DNA of 64,000 nt from Actinomycetota bacterium (GTDB taxonomy: Bacteria > Actinomycetota > Actinomycetes > Actinomycetales > Microbacteriaceae). Made by a program: the position numbers and the translations under genes. This document shows, one piece after another, positions 37,391 through 49,052 of this stretch (the stretch's first letter is position 1; every line of letters begins with the position of its first letter). The DNA is taken from assembly GCA_041190885.1 (NCBI GenBank), contig JBEEPX010000099.1:684-64683 (forward strand), in the 5' to 3' direction. Under the pieces are notes generated by a model. That model had not been told where the DNA came from and did no database searches. It was given only the letters and a program-made list of their open reading frames with translations.

Positions 37391-38937
37391 TGCAGATGAT
37401 TGAATCAATTCCACCTATTCTTCGACCAGATCACGTCAAGCCAGTGGCCTTGGCAGAGCTGGCAACCAAGTTTGAGCTCGAATGCGCGATATCGCTCGAT
37501 GGCCTGCAGGCGACCGGCATCAGCATGAACACTGGTGACCTTCGTGCCGGCGACATCTTTGTTGCAATGCCGGGCAAAAAGACTCACGGCGCACAGTTCG
37601 TCGAGAAAGCGCTCTCACTTGGTGCGGTGGCCGTGGTTACCGACTCTGTCGGTGCGCAGTCAATCGAAAACATCAGCGTGCCAGTGTTGCTGCTTGAGAA
37701 CCCTCGTTCTCACTTGGGAGATTTGGCTGCCTATGTCTATGGAAACGTTCCAGGCAATATGCCGACTCTTTTCGCCACCACCGGCACCAATGGCAAAACC
37801 TCGACCAGCTACCTGCTCGAGGGCATTCTGCGCCAAATTGGTGAAACCACTGGGCTCACTTCTACCGCCGAGCGCCACATCGCTGGCGAAATCATTGTTA
37901 GTCGTCTGACCACCCCAGAATCACCCGAGATGCAAGCGCTCATTGCCCGCATGCGCGAACGCGGCGTGACATCGGTCGCCATTGAGGTGTCTGCTCAGGC
38001 GCTTTCGCAGCAGCGCGTTGACGGTCTTCACTTTGACGTTGTCGGCTTCACAAATCTCAGCCACGACCACCTCGATGACTATGCAAACATGGATGAATAT
38101 TTGGCTGCCAAAGTCGAACTTTTCACCCCCGAGCGCGCCGCTAAGGGCGTTGTCTGCCTCGATTCGAAGTATGGCCGAGCGTTTGCCGCCAAGAGCCGCA
38201 TCCCAGTGGTGACAATCACCAGTGAAATGGGCGTCGAAGCAGATTGGCACGTAGCGGTAACCGCGGAAACCCCGATGTACACGTCGTTTGTTCTGGCTGG
38301 ACCCAACGGAGTGACCATTCGCTCACGCGTGCCACTGCTTGGTGCGCACATGGCCGCCAACGCCGGCCTGGCCATAGCCATGCTGATTGAGGCTGGCCGC
38401 GACCCCAAGGTAATCGCCGAGGCGATTGCATCGGGCATCGATGCCTACTTGCCGGGTCGTACCGAGCGAGTCACCGGCGAAACTGGTCCAGACGTCTACG
38501 TTGACTTTGGCCACAGCCCCGATGCCTTCTTGAACACGCTTGCTGCGGTTCGAAAAGTCACCTCTGGCCGAGTGTTCATGGTTTTTGGTGCCGACGGTGA
38601 CCGCGACGCAACCAAGCGCCCGGCGATGGCTCAAATCGCGGCCGAGGGCTGCGACGTTTTAGTGATCACCGATCATCACCCAAGGTTTGAAGATCCCGCA
38701 TCGATTCGTAAGACTCTCGTCGAGGCCGCTAAAGCTGCTCGTCCGAACCTAGAAATTTACGAGGTGAGCCCTCCAGAGGCCGCGATTCGCAAGGCTGTCT
38801 CGTTGGCCGAGCCAGGGGATTCAATTCTCTGGGCGGGTCCGGGGCATCAGGATTATCGAGACATTCGAGGGGTTCGAACTCCATACTCGGCTAGGCACGA
38901 AGCCCGCGAGGCGCTCAAAGAAAACGGTTGGTCATGA
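37390..38937 (+). CDS. murE: UDP-MurNAc-tripeptide synthetase MurE
   Basis: TGTNGKTS, LTTPES, FTNLSHDHLD, GADGDRD and TDHHPR; dcw position (start uncertain, 37387-37396). Confidence 0.93.
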   Translation: MQMIESIPPILRPDHVKPVALAELATKFELECAISLDGLQATGISMNTGDLRAGDIFVAMPGKKTHGAQFVEKALSLGAVAVVTDSVGAQSIENISVPVLLLENPRSHLGDLAAYVYGNVPGNMPTLFATTGTNGKTSTSYLLEGILRQIGETTGLTSTAERHIAGEIIVSRLTTPESPEMQALIARMRERGVTSVAIEVSAQALSQQRVDGLHFDVVGFTNLSHDHLDDYANMDEYLAAKVELFTPERAAKGVVCLDSKYGRAFAAKSRIPVVTITSEMGVEADWHVAVTAETPMYTSFVLAGPNGVTIRSRVPLLGAHMAANAGLAIAMLIEAGRDPKVIAEAIASGIDAYLPGRTERVTGETGPDVYVDFGHSPDAFLNTLAAVRKVTSGRVFMVFGADGDRDATKRPAMAQIAAEGCDVLVITDHHPRFEDPASIRKTLVEAAKAARPNLEIYEVSPPEAAIRKAVSLAEPGDSILWAGPGHQDYRDIRGVRTPYSARHEAREALKENGWS

Positions 38938-40349
38938 TTGAAATTTCGCTTCGCGAAATCGTTGAGGCCATCGGTGCTAAACCAAACGAGGCCGCTGCGG
39001 CCGATTTAGAGCTGCTGGTCAGCGGTTCTGTGGAAACAGATTCACGTTTGGTGGGAGCGGGCTCGCTGTTTTTCGCCAAGCCCGGTGAAGTCACAGACGG
39101 CCACCTATTTGTTTCGGCCTCGGCCAAGGCGGGTGCAGTTGCATCGGTAGTTGAACACCTGGTCGACGATGCAGCGGATCATCCACAGTTGGTCGTGCCG
39201 AACGTTGTTGAAGCGCTCGGTCTGCTTGCCAAGCATGTTTTGGGAGTGCTTTCTGCGACCGGAAACTTGCAGGTCATCGGAGTAACCGGTTCAAACGGAA
39301 AAACCACCACCAAGAACATGCTTCGCGAAATACTCTCTGCAGCTGGGGAAACCATCGCGCCCATTGAGTCATACAACAACGAGGTCGGAGCACCGATTTC
39401 TATGTTGAAGGCGAGTCACGAAACTCGATTCTTGGTCGTTGAGATGGGTGCCGGAGGCCTGGGAAGCATCGCGTACCTGGCCGATATCGCTAAGCCAAAC
39501 ATCGGTGTGGTCTTAAAAGTCGGCTTGGCGCACGTCGGTGAGTTCGGTGGCATCGAAACCACCGCGAAAATCAAAGCCGAGTTGCCTGCGGCCCTTGGCA
39601 ACAACGACATTTTTGTATACAACGCCGACGACGGCTACGTGCGCGACATGGTGGACCTAAATCGAGCCAAGAAGGTTAGTTTTGGCACGGCGGGTGACTC
39701 GCAATATCGCGCGACTGACCTTAACCTTTCGATCGACGGCACCTCATTCGAGATGCACTGGCCTGATGCCGAAGTCTCTAAGGTCATGCTCAAGATTTTG
39801 GGTGAACATCACGTGATGAACGCGCTTGCCAGCCTGTCTGTTGCCGACCAGTTGGGCGTTGATCGAACTAAGGCGATTGCGGCACTCGAGTCGATGGAAC
39901 TTGCCGAACGTTGGAGAATGCAGGTTTCACACCGTTCGGATGGCGTCACCATCATCAACGATGCCTATAACGCCAGCCCAGACTCGACTAGGGCTGCCTT
40001 GCAGACACTTGCTCAACTCGGAAAAACCGGTCGCCGAACCATAGCGATTTTGGGGGAGATGGCCGAGCTAGGTCATGCATCTAGAACCGAGCACGACGCG
40101 ATTGGTCGAGTGGTCGTGAGACTAAACATCGATCAGCTGGTGGTGGTGGGCGAGGGTGCTCGACTGATTCACAGCGGAGCGGTGCTCGAAGGTTCTTGGG
40201 ATGGCGAATCGCTTTTCTTTGAAGAGATTGACCAGGCTTTAGAGGCTGTTCGTGAAATGCTTGAACCCGGAGACATAGTGCTGGTTAAGTCATCGAAATC
40301 AGCCAATCTCAGACATCTGGGAGACAAATTAATGGAGGTTCGTTCATGA
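38934..40349 (+). CDS. murF: UDP-MurNAc-pentapeptide synthetase MurF
   Basis: [33 protein letters not shown] and LVKSS. Confidence 0.97.
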   Translation: MIEISLREIVEAIGAKPNEAAAADLELLVSGSVETDSRLVGAGSLFFAKPGEVTDGHLFVSASAKAGAVASVVEHLVDDAADHPQLVVPNVVEALGLLAKHVLGVLSATGNLQVIGVTGSNGKTTTKNMLREILSAAGETIAPIESYNNEVGAPISMLKASHETRFLVVEMGAGGLGSIAYLADIAKPNIGVVLKVGLAHVGEFGGIETTAKIKAELPAALGNNDIFVYNADDGYVRDMVDLNRAKKVSFGTAGDSQYRATDLNLSIDGTSFEMHWPDAEVSKVMLKILGEHHVMNALASLSVADQLGVDRTKAIAALESMELAERWRMQVSHRSDGVTIINDAYNASPDSTRAALQTLAQLGKTGRRTIAILGEMAELGHASRTEHDAIGRVVVRLNIDQLVVVGEGARLIHSGAVLEGSWDGESLFFEEIDQALEAVREMLEPGDIVLVKSSKSANLRHLGDKLMEVRS

Positions 40350-41446
40350 GAGCGATTTTGCTCGCCGGCGGTGTAGCCATGGCGTTCACTCTTTTGGCAA
40401 CACCGGGTTTTATCTGGTTATTCAGACGCCTTAAGTGGGGGCAGTTCATCAGGGATGATGGGCCACAGAGTCACCACACCAAGCGCGGAACACCAACCAT
40501 GGGCGGCGTTGTCATCATCGTTGCCGCCGTGCTTGGCTATTTTGTTGGCAAATTGGCAAACTTTGAAACCCCAACTGCCTCGGCGCTTTTGGTATTGCTG
40601 ATGTTGGTCGGTCTCGGAATCGTGGGTTTCATTGACGACTTCATCAAGACTCACCGTCAGCGCAGTTTGGGGCTCTCTGGTTGGGCAAAGATCGCTGGGC
40701 AGGGAGTGGTCTCGACCGTTTTTGCGGTACTTGCGCTGAACTTCCCGAACGAACAAAATTTGACTCCGGCCTCGACCAAGATCTCGTTGGTGCGTGATTC
40801 AAACCTTGACCTGATGATGTTTGGCTCGGTGGTGGGAGTGGGCCTTTTCATTCTCTGGATCTATTTCATGGTCGCAAGCGCTTCGAACGGTGTGAACATC
40901 GCGGACGGACTTGACGGCCTGGCAACCGGTTCAACCATCATGGCGATCGGCGCCTATGCAGTTATTGGATTCTGGCAGTTCAACCAAGCTTGTGGTTCGG
41001 TCATTGAAAACCTGAGCAGCTGCTACAACGTGCGCGACCCACTCGATCTTGCGGTCGTTGCATCGGCAATCGTCGGTGCGCTAACTGGTTTCTTGTGGTG
41101 GAACACCTCGCCGGCGCAGATTTTTATGGGAGACACCGGCTCGCTTGGTCTCGGTGGCGCATTGGCGGCCCTGGCGATTCTTTCTCGCACCGAATTGCTA
41201 TTGGTTCTAATCGGTGGAATCTTCGTGATCGTCACCGGCTCGGTAGTCATTCAACGCGTCTTCTTCAAGCTCACCAAATGGAAGACCGGTACCGGTAAGC
41301 GCGTCTTCCTGATGAGCCCGCTACACCATCACTTTGAGCTCAAGGGCTGGGCCCAGATCACCGTAGTTGTTCGCTTCTGGATCATCGCCGGTCTTTGCGT
41401 TTTGAGCGGTATTGGCCTGTTCTACATCGAATGGATTTACGGCTAA
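40346..41446 (+). CDS. mraY: Phospho-N-acetylmuramoyl-pentapeptide transferase
   Basis: [32 protein letters not shown] and PLHHHFE. Confidence 0.98.
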   Translation: MRAILLAGGVAMAFTLLATPGFIWLFRRLKWGQFIRDDGPQSHHTKRGTPTMGGVVIIVAAVLGYFVGKLANFETPTASALLVLLMLVGLGIVGFIDDFIKTHRQRSLGLSGWAKIAGQGVVSTVFAVLALNFPNEQNLTPASTKISLVRDSNLDLMMFGSVVGVGLFILWIYFMVASASNGVNIADGLDGLATGSTIMAIGAYAVIGFWQFNQACGSVIENLSSCYNVRDPLDLAVVASAIVGALTGFLWWNTSPAQIFMGDTGSLGLGGALAALAILSRTELLLVLIGGIFVIVTGSVVIQRVFFKLTKWKTGTGKRVFLMSPLHHHFELKGWAQITVVVRFWIIAGLCVLSGIGLFYIEWIYG

Positions 41447-41454
41447 GACTCAAC

Positions 41455-42924
41455 ATGAAAGATCTAAGTGCGCTAACGAGCTGGCATTCCGATTGGAAGG
41501 GCCTTCGCGTTGTCGTATTCGGGCTAGGAGTGTCGGGGTTCTCGGTAGCGGACACGCTCGCCGAACTTGGCGCCGATGTCTTGGTGATTGCCGAGAAAGC
41601 CGAATCAGATCTGCTCGACATTCTCGACGTGATTGGCGTTCCGCACATCACCGGAGTGCCGGCGGATGAATTGCTGTTGGCCGCCAAAAAGCACGCGCCC
41701 GAGGTTTTGATCACCTCACCTGGCGTGCGACCAGAAAATGAAATTCTGACTTGGTGTGAAGAGGCAAAAATAGCCGTTTGGGTAGACATCGACCTCGCCT
41801 GGCGCTTGCGCGACAAGGTTGGTCGCCCGGCCAAATGGATTGCGGTAACTGGCACCAATGGCAAGACCACAACGGTTCAGCTGGTCGAGGCAATGCTCAA
41901 CGCCGGTGGAATCAGAGCAGTTGCTTGCGGAAACATCGGAACACCGATTTTGGACGCGGTTCGCGACGAAATTGGCTACGACGCCTTGGTTGTTGAACTT
42001 TCGAGTTTTCAATTGCACTACCTCGGAGAAATTCAGCCACTGGTTAGCGCTGTGCTCAACCTGGCCGACGACCACCTCGATTGGCACGGAAGTTTCGAAG
42101 CCTATCGAGATGCAAAAGCCAAGGTGTATGAAAACACCGAGATTGCTTGCGTTTACAACGTGAACGATTCGGTGACCGAGTCGATGGTAGAAAATGCCGA
42201 CGTTATCGAAGGCGCAAGAGCCATCGGGTTCACCACCGGCATGCCGGGCCGAAGCCAGGTTGGGTTTGTCGAAGAGATTCTGTGCGACCGTGCTTTTCTT
42301 GATGACCGTGCCAACAGCGCTATCGAAGTTGCAACACTTCACGACCTTGCAGAAATCGGTGTTTTGACGCCGCACCTGATGGCAAATACCGCAGCTGCCG
42401 TAGCAATCGCGAGAGCCTGTGGCGTTCAGCCAGATGAAATCAAGAACGCGATTCGAAACTTTCGCCTCGACGCGCACCGCATCGAATTGGTTGCCGAAAA
42501 AGATGGCATCAGGTGGATCGATGACTCTAAGGCCACTAACCCGCACGCGACCGCTGCTTCGTTGAACTCGTTTGAGCGGGTCGTGTGGATCGTTGGTGGA
42601 TTGCTCAAGGGAGTAGACATCAGCCAATTGGTTGCCGACTATGCCGATCGAATTTCGGCGGCCATCGTTATCGGCAAAGACCGTGAACCAGTTTTAGAAG
42701 CGCTTGCGAAAAATGCACCGCTTGCGCGCGTTGTTGAAATAAACACGGATGAGAATTCGGCAGTGATGAGCGAGGCGGTAGCGAAGGCTGCCGGCCTAGC
42801 TGTTTCTGGCGATGTTGTGTTGCTGGCCCCCGCAGCGGCATCGATGGATCAATTCAAGGACTACGCAGATCGCGGCGATCAATTCGCCCGTGCAGTCAAA
42901 ATTACTCTCGGGGAGCAAAAATAA
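41455..42924 (+). CDS. murD: UDP-MurNAc-L-Ala-D-glutamate ligase MurD
   Basis: GLGVSG, TGTNGKTTT, ELSSFQL, DHLDWH, DDSKATN and LLAPAAASMDQF. Confidence 0.98.
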   Translation: MKDLSALTSWHSDWKGLRVVVFGLGVSGFSVADTLAELGADVLVIAEKAESDLLDILDVIGVPHITGVPADELLLAAKKHAPEVLITSPGVRPENEILTWCEEAKIAVWVDIDLAWRLRDKVGRPAKWIAVTGTNGKTTTVQLVEAMLNAGGIRAVACGNIGTPILDAVRDEIGYDALVVELSSFQLHYLGEIQPLVSAVLNLADDHLDWHGSFEAYRDAKAKVYENTEIACVYNVNDSVTESMVENADVIEGARAIGFTTGMPGRSQVGFVEEILCDRAFLDDRANSAIEVATLHDLAEIGVLTPHLMANTAAAVAIARACGVQPDEIKNAIRNFRLDAHRIELVAEKDGIRWIDDSKATNPHATAASLNSFERVVWIVGGLLKGVDISQLVADYADRISAAIVIGKDREPVLEALAKNAPLARVVEINTDENSAVMSEAVAKAAGLAVSGDVVLLAPAAASMDQFKDYADRGDQFARAVKITLGEQK

Positions 42925-44153
42925 TGCGTCGAACCAACGCCTCTAAGGCTTCAAATCAATTGGCATCAAACTTGCTTTCAAAAGCAAGTGACCTTTCTAA
43001 CCGAGTTTTCAAAGCTCAGTCGATCCATTTTTATCGACTGCTTGGCGTTGCACTATTTCTAACCGTTTTCGGAATCGTGATGGTGCTTTCGGCTTCCTCG
43101 ATTGACTCACTCAAGGCCAACAACAACTCGTTCACGATTGGCGCGAAGCAGCTATTTTTTGCGGTGGTTGGCTTTGGTTTCCTATCGATGTTTTCGCTGG
43201 TCAAGACCTCGACAATGCAGAAGCGCAGCAAGATCTTTTTCCAGCTTGCATTGGCTACCCAGGTTGCGGTGCTTTTCATCGGAAAGTCAATCAACGGAAA
43301 CCGAAACTGGCTCGATTTTGGGTTGTTCTCGATTCAACCATCCGAGTTTTTGAAGATCGCCATCATTCTTTACGGCGCCTTCTATTTAGCTCAGCGTGCC
43401 GACTATTTCTACGACGGCAAAGTTTGGGTCATGACTCTGCTTTGGGGCGGCCTCGGCATGGCCTTCGTTATCGCTGGTAGCGACCTCGGAACCGTCATCA
43501 TCATGTTTTTGTTTTATGTCGGCATGTTGGTCATGGCAGGAATGCCATCACGCTTGATTGGTGCCATACTCGCTGCGTTGGTCGTCATAATTCCCTTGGC
43601 CGTCAACTTCGGTTCGTCTTCTCGCGTCGGTCGAATTCTGGCGTGGATGAACCCAAATGCACCCGACCCTAACGGCTATAACTGGCAGTCTGAGCACGGC
43701 ATGTGGGCGTTGTCGGCTGGCCGCATCTTTGGTGCCGGTCTGGGGGAGTCCAAGATGAAGTGGAGTTGGATTCCCGAAGTAGAGAACGACTTCATCTTCG
43801 CCATCATCGGCGAAGAACTCGGCCTCATCGGTGCGCTGGTAATTATCGGCATGTTCCTATTCATGGCCGTCTGTTTCAACAACATCCTTCGGCGCACCTC
43901 AGATCTGTTTAGTCGCTATGTGGTTGCCGGCGTGATGCTTTGGATCACGCTTCAGGCTCTGGTGAACATCGCAGTTGTATTGCGCCTGTTGCCGGTGCTA
44001 GGCGTTCCGCTGCCATTCGTTTCTGCCGGAGGATCATCGTTGCTGTCTTCATTGATGGGCGTTGGTTTGGTCTTGGCGATTGAGCGCGAGAATCACGCCA
44101 GCCCTGCTCCGCGCGCCAGAACCGTGGCTAGGCCGGTCAGGGCAACCCGATGA
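42924..44153 (+). CDS. ftsW: SEDS glycosyltransferase FtsW
   Basis: VMVLSAS, NGNRNW, QPSEFLK, DLGT, NDFIFAIIGEELG and GVPLPFVSAGGSS. Confidence 0.97.
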   Translation: MRRTNASKASNQLASNLLSKASDLSNRVFKAQSIHFYRLLGVALFLTVFGIVMVLSASSIDSLKANNNSFTIGAKQLFFAVVGFGFLSMFSLVKTSTMQKRSKIFFQLALATQVAVLFIGKSINGNRNWLDFGLFSIQPSEFLKIAIILYGAFYLAQRADYFYDGKVWVMTLLWGGLGMAFVIAGSDLGTVIIMFLFYVGMLVMAGMPSRLIGAILAALVVIIPLAVNFGSSSRVGRILAWMNPNAPDPNGYNWQSEHGMWALSAGRIFGAGLGESKMKWSWIPEVENDFIFAIIGEELGLIGALVIIGMFLFMAVCFNNILRRTSDLFSRYVVAGVMLWITLQALVNIAVVLRLLPVLGVPLPFVSAGGSSLLSSLMGVGLVLAIERENHASPAPRARTVARPVRATR

Positions 44154-45250
44154 CTAACTTTTTGCTCGCCGGAGGAGGCACTGCGGGTCACGTAAATCCG
44201 CTTCTTGCTCTAGCCGATGCCATTAGTGCACAAGATCCTTCGAATCGAGTCTGGGCTCTAGGCACGGCAGAGGGTCTCGAAACCGAACTGGTTCCGGCCC
44301 GGGGCTACGAGCTTTTGGCTGTCGCGCGCCTGCCTTTCCCGCGCAAACTAAATGCTTACACCTTAAAGTTCCCATTCTCTTTCCTGAAGGCGATTTCAAC
44401 CGTCAAGCGTTATCTGAAGCTCCACAAAATCGATATCGTCGTTGGCTTCGGCGGCTACGCCAGTGCACCTGCATACATAGCAGCGCGTCAACTTGGAATT
44501 CCATCCGTTGTTCATGAGGCAAACGCCCTGCCCGGTTGGGCCAATAAGCTCGGCGCTAAGTCGGCCGCTGCAGTGGGCGTTGCCTTTGCTCTGACCCCAT
44601 TGCCCAAAGCCCACCTGGTTGGCATGCCGCTCCGCAGAGAAATTGAAATTCTCATCGATTCGATCGCTGGCTCACCAGACTTGCCAGCAGCTAAGGCAAA
44701 CGCCCGAAAGTTTTTTGGACTATCGCCAGATTCGACGACTCTTCTGGTGACAGGTGGTTCGCTTGGCGCAAAACGAATCAACGAGACCATCGAGGAATCT
44801 CGCAAAGTACTGTCGGCCGCCGGTATTCAGGTTCTGCACATCGTTGGTGGGCGGTCTGACCTGGAAGCTGTAAATACGCCGGATTACGTGCGAATTAGCT
44901 ATTGCGATCGAATGGACCTAGCCATTTTGGCCAGCGATTTTGCCGTCTCTCGAGCTGGCTCGTCAACGGTGAGTGAATTTACCGCCGTCGGCCTTCCGGC
45001 TGCATACGTGCCTTACCCAATTGGAAATGGCGAACAACGGTTTAACGTGAGCGATGTCATCGCTGCCGGAGGCGGCGTATTGGTCGAAGACCGAGACTTC
45101 ACGCCAGAATATGTGGCCCAGGATTTAGTGGCCATGGTTTCAAACACCAAACGACTGAGAGAAATGTCTGCCGCGGCGCAGTCTGCCGGAATTGCAGACG
45201 GAACCTCGAGGCTCTTGGCCCTCGTTTCAGGCGTGTTGTCTGGTCGATAG
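44150..45250 (+). CDS. murG: Lipid I GlcNAc transferase MurG
   Basis: GGGTAGHVNP, GFGGYAS, HEANA, GGSLGA, RAGSSTVSE and NGEQ. Confidence 0.98.
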   Translation: MTNFLLAGGGTAGHVNPLLALADAISAQDPSNRVWALGTAEGLETELVPARGYELLAVARLPFPRKLNAYTLKFPFSFLKAISTVKRYLKLHKIDIVVGFGGYASAPAYIAARQLGIPSVVHEANALPGWANKLGAKSAAAVGVAFALTPLPKAHLVGMPLRREIEILIDSIAGSPDLPAAKANARKFFGLSPDSTTLLVTGGSLGAKRINETIEESRKVLSAAGIQVLHIVGGRSDLEAVNTPDYVRISYCDRMDLAILASDFAVSRAGSSTVSEFTAVGLPAAYVPYPIGNGEQRFNVSDVIAAGGGVLVEDRDFTPEYVAQDLVAMVSNTKRLREMSAAAQSAGIADGTSRLLALVSGVLSGR

Positions 45251-45292
45251 GCCAAGGCTTCACCTAGTCTTCTATAGACGAAAAGGAACATT

Positions 45293-46681
45293 ATGATCAA
45301 GCCAGATTTCACCCAGCAAGTGCCCGCAGATTTGGGCACCGTGCACTTCGTTGGCATCGGTGGGTCTGGAATGAGTGGAATTGCCCGAATCTTGCTCGGA
45401 ATGGGGCACAAGGTTACCGGTAGCGACTTGCGCGACACAGCGGCCGTGGCTGCACTGCGAGACCTCGGCGCCGAAATATTCATCGGCCACGACGCCGCTC
45501 ACCTTGGCAACCCTGACACGGTCGTGGTGACCTCTGCGCTTTGGCCGACTAACCCCGAATACCTTTTGGCAAAAGAGCGCGGAATTCCTGTTATCCACCG
45601 GTCGCAGGCCCTTGCCTACCTGACCTCCAAGCGCCGCGTAATCGCCGTTGCCGGTGCACATGGCAAGACCACGAGCACGGGAATGATCATCACTGGCTTG
45701 CTAGCCATGGGCGAGGATCCAAGCTTTGTAAACGGAGGCGTGATTGCCTCGCTCAATGCGTCTTCGGCTAGTGGCTCTGGTGAGCTATTCGTGATTGAGG
45801 CCGATGAGTCGGACGGCTCATTCCTGCACTACGACACAGCAGTTGCGTTGATCACAAATGTTGATGCCGACCACCTCGACCACTACGGAAGCGAAGAGGC
45901 CTTCGAAGCCGAGTTCGGTAGATTCGCCTCTGGTGCCAAGGAGTTTGTAGCAATCAGCTCTGATGACCCGGGAGCGGTTCGAGTTTCTAAGCTCGTTAGT
46001 GGCAAGCGAGTAATTTCGTTTGGGCAAGATTCCAGGGCCGATGTGCGCCTTTTCGATGTCGACGCTTCGGGCGCTCGGGTTTCATTCGCTCTCGAATACG
46101 AGGGGCAGCAATTTAGGGCCGAACTAAATGTTCCGGGGGAGCACAACGCAATCAACGCCGCTGGTGCTTTCGCGGTTTTGGTAGGCCTTGGCTTCGACCC
46201 GGCAAAAGCACTTGCCGGAATTGCGACCTTCGGTGGAACCGAACGCCGCTTCCAGCTGCACGGGGAGCGCAGAGGAGTGCGGGTTTATGACGACTTTGCC
46301 CACCACCCAACCGAGGTTTCAGCCGCAATCAAAGCTGCCCGCGCAGTGGTTGGTGACGGTCGCTTGATCACAGTTTTTCAGCCTCACCTTTACAGCCGCA
46401 CTCGTTTGATGGCCAAGGAATTCGCTGAGGCCTTGTCGGCAAGCGACCAGGTAGTGGTTCTCGACATTTACGCAGCGCGCGAGGATCCGGAGCCAGGAGT
46501 TACCGGCGCACTGGTTTCTGACGCATTCCATGACTCAACTCAGGTGCACTACGTGCCACTGTGGCAAGACGTGCCTGCGGTAGCCGCCAAATTGGCATCG
46601 AGCGGCGACTTCATCATGACTATGGGTTGTGGAGACATTTATCGCATGGTTCCCGAGCTGCTTGAGGCTCTAGAAAAGTAG
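45293..46681 (+). CDS. murC: UDP-MurNAc-amino acid ligase MurC
   Basis: [38 protein letters not shown] and FQPHLYSR. Confidence 0.98.
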   Translation: MIKPDFTQQVPADLGTVHFVGIGGSGMSGIARILLGMGHKVTGSDLRDTAAVAALRDLGAEIFIGHDAAHLGNPDTVVVTSALWPTNPEYLLAKERGIPVIHRSQALAYLTSKRRVIAVAGAHGKTTSTGMIITGLLAMGEDPSFVNGGVIASLNASSASGSGELFVIEADESDGSFLHYDTAVALITNVDADHLDHYGSEEAFEAEFGRFASGAKEFVAISSDDPGAVRVSKLVSGKRVISFGQDSRADVRLFDVDASGARVSFALEYEGQQFRAELNVPGEHNAINAAGAFAVLVGLGFDPAKALAGIATFGGTERRFQLHGERRGVRVYDDFAHHPTEVSAAIKAARAVVGDGRLITVFQPHLYSRTRLMAKEFAEALSASDQVVVLDIYAAREDPEPGVTGALVSDAFHDSTQVHYVPLWQDVPAVAAKLASSGDFIMTMGCGDIYRMVPELLEALEK

Positions 46682-47661
46682 TGAAGCGACCGACCGGTTC
46701 AGCGGGCTCGCGGCCAAAAGCGGCGGCGGGGCTACCCGGCGCACCCGGCGCTAAGGCTACTCGTACGAAAAAGAGCAAGCAGGTGGCCGCGGTTTCTAGA
46801 AACCCCAACTTCGTGGCGCCAAAGGGTGCAACGGTCACAAAGCTCTCTAACGTCAGGGCGGCGAAGGCAGCTGCTACCAAGGCACAAAAACCAAAACGAT
46901 CTTCGAACCGCACGTCGCTGTTCTTGAATCGACTTTCTCCAGAGGCAAAGCGTTTCGCCTCTTACTCTCGCCGTCGTCGGGCAATCATTTTGACCGTGGT
47001 GGCCTCGTTCGGCTCACTGTTTTTGGTCGTCGGCGCGACGATGTTCACACCAATACTCGCGGTCGAGACCGTTCGAGTCACGGGCAATAGTCGAATCCCG
47101 GTGAAGGCACTGACCAAGGCGCTTTCAGACCAGGTTGGCACGCCACTACCGATGGTGAACGCCAGCAGCATCGCCGAAGATCTCAAGGGCTTTCAGCTGA
47201 TCGAGAGTTTCTCGGTAATCAGCCTGCCACCGCACACGCTCAGGGTTCACATAGTTGAGCGTCAGCCGATTGTGATCGTCAATGTTGGCGGCACCAACTA
47301 CCTTTATGACCCGGCCGGGGTTCGAGTCGGCAAGGCGAGCGCAGACGACAAGTATCCGAGCATGACCATCGCTGGAGACCCTAAGAGCAGTCGCGAATTC
47401 GAAGCGGCCATGGATGTCTTGTTGGCCCTGCCCAACGCCATCTTTTTGAAGGTTGCTTCGATCGATGCCAAGACCAAGGACCAGGTTTCACTGAGGCTGC
47501 GCGGCAACTCGGCACAGCGCATTATTTGGGGAGACGGCTCTCAATCGGTCTTGAAGTCAAAGACCCTGGAGGCGCTGTTCAAGAACCAGAAGCGCAGTGA
47601 TTTTGTAACTTTCGATGTGTCTTCGCCGACGGCCCCCGTGGTTCGCTACGGAAACTTTTAG
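46681..47661 (+). CDS. ftsQ: Cell division protein FtsQ/DivIB
   Basis: Basic disordered N-terminus, TM helix, POTRA (PHTLRVHIVERQP), WGD and DVSSP; between murC and ftsZ. Confidence 0.92.
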   Translation: MKRPTGSAGSRPKAAAGLPGAPGAKATRTKKSKQVAAVSRNPNFVAPKGATVTKLSNVRAAKAAATKAQKPKRSSNRTSLFLNRLSPEAKRFASYSRRRRAIILTVVASFGSLFLVVGATMFTPILAVETVRVTGNSRIPVKALTKALSDQVGTPLPMVNASSIAEDLKGFQLIESFSVISLPPHTLRVHIVERQPIVIVNVGGTNYLYDPAGVRVGKASADDKYPSMTIAGDPKSSREFEAAMDVLLALPNAIFLKVASIDAKTKDQVSLRLRGNSAQRIIWGDGSQSVLKSKTLEALFKNQKRSDFVTFDVSSPTAPVVRYGNF

Positions 47662-47732
47662 ACACGCCTAAGCGCCTCCATCTTTCTTGGCAATCTAAGC
47701 CGTAGTTTCTTCGCGCAACGTATTAAATGGCT

Positions 47733-47760
47733 TAAAGGTTAAGTCTCAAGTAGACCTTTA
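47733..47760 (+). promoter_or_regulatory. Palindromic operator upstream of ftsZ (FtsR-type MerR box)
   Basis: TAAAGGT-N14-ACCTTTA containing AAGTCTCAAGTAGACCTT (47741-47758). Confidence 0.6.
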
Positions 47761-47815
47761 GACATTTTTCGAAGCACCAGCTGCCCAACGGCAGAAGTGA
47801 AACCGGAGGATTATC

Positions 47816-49048
47816 GTGGGTCTAAACCAGAACTATCTAGCAGTCATTAAGGTTGTTGGAGTCGGTGGCGGTGGCGTCAATGCCCTGAACCGCATGATTG
47901 AATCTGGCCTACGTGGCGTTGAGTTTATTGCCATCAACACCGATGCTCAGGCGCTACTAATGACCGAAGCCCACGTGAAGCTCGACATTGGTCGAGAGCT
48001 AACTCGCGGTCTTGGTGCAGGAGCCGACCCGGAGATTGGCCGCCGTGCAGCCGAGGACCACGCAGACGAGATCGAGGCAGCCTTGAAGGGCGCCGACATG
48101 GTCTTCGTAACCGCCGGTGAAGGTGGTGGCACCGGTACCGGTGCTGCACCGGTCGTAGCGAGAATTTCAAAGAGCCTCGAGGCCCTGACAGTAGGTGTCG
48201 TCACTAGACCATTCGGATTCGAAGGTAAGCGCCGCGCTCAGCAAGCCGAGCAGGGTATCGAGACCCTTCGCGGTGAGGTAGACACACTGATCGTGGTTCC
48301 AAACCAGCGCCTGCTCGAAATGGTGAACAAGACCGTTTCGGTGGTCGAGGCTTTTGCAACCGCGGATGACGTTCTGCGCGCCGGTGTTCAGGGCATCACC
48401 GATCTGATCATCACTCCTGGATTGATCAACCTAGACTTCGCCGATGTTCGTTCGGTTATGAAGGGTGCAGGTTCTGCACTCATGGGCATAGGTACCGCCA
48501 AGGGCGAGGACCGTGCGATTCGCGCGGCTGAGCTTGCCGTGGCAAGCCCGCTGCTAGAGGCCAACATCGATGGAGCTCACGGAGTTCTGCTTTCGATTCA
48601 GGGCGCTTCAGACCTTGGTCTGCACGAGATTGCCGAGGCTGCCAGCCTGGTTCAGGAATCGGTCAGCCCAGAGGCAAACATCATCTTTGGTGCCTCGATT
48701 GACGACACTCTCGGCGACGAGGTTCGAATCACGGTTATCGCCGCAGGTTTCGACGGAGGCGCACCGAAGGTGAACCGCGTTGAGCGTCGCCCTTACAGCG
48801 CTCCAGCAGCCGCAGCAGCTCCTGCTGCTTCAGGTTGGTTCGGTAACCCGGTTGCTGAATCGGCTGCGCCGGCTACTGCCGCCATCCCGGTTATCAATGA
48901 AACCGAAGTTGCAGAGCCTGCCTTCTTTGCGAAGGAAGCCGAAGATCAGGCCGAGGCATCTCCGAGTGAAACCGTGACCCCTGCTCCAAAGCAAACCAAC
49001 GATGGCACCTGGGGCGACGACTTAGACATCCCAGAATTCCTTCGCTAG
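47816..49048 (+). CDS. ftsZ: Cell division protein FtsZ
   Basis: [26 protein letters not shown] and C-terminal DDLDIPEFL; GGAGG SD. Confidence 0.99.
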   Translation: MGLNQNYLAVIKVVGVGGGGVNALNRMIESGLRGVEFIAINTDAQALLMTEAHVKLDIGRELTRGLGAGADPEIGRRAAEDHADEIEAALKGADMVFVTAGEGGGTGTGAAPVVARISKSLEALTVGVVTRPFGFEGKRRAQQAEQGIETLRGEVDTLIVVPNQRLLEMVNKTVSVVEAFATADDVLRAGVQGITDLIITPGLINLDFADVRSVMKGAGSALMGIGTAKGEDRAIRAAELAVASPLLEANIDGAHGVLLSIQGASDLGLHEIAEAASLVQESVSPEANIIFGASIDDTLGDEVRITVIAAGFDGGAPKVNRVERRPYSAPAAAAAPAASGWFGNPVAESAAPATAAIPVINETEVAEPAFFAKEAEDQAEASPSETVTPAPKQTNDGTWGDDLDIPEFLR

Positions 49049-49052
49049 ACGA

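Noticed and set aside
41716-42627. 303-aa antisense ORF inside murD, and similar shadow ORFs over tyrA, pyc, rluD, dnaE and hisD
   Set aside because: They lie wholly opposite well-conserved genes and have no recognisable motifs. Long antisense frames are expected from codon bias in GC-rich genes.
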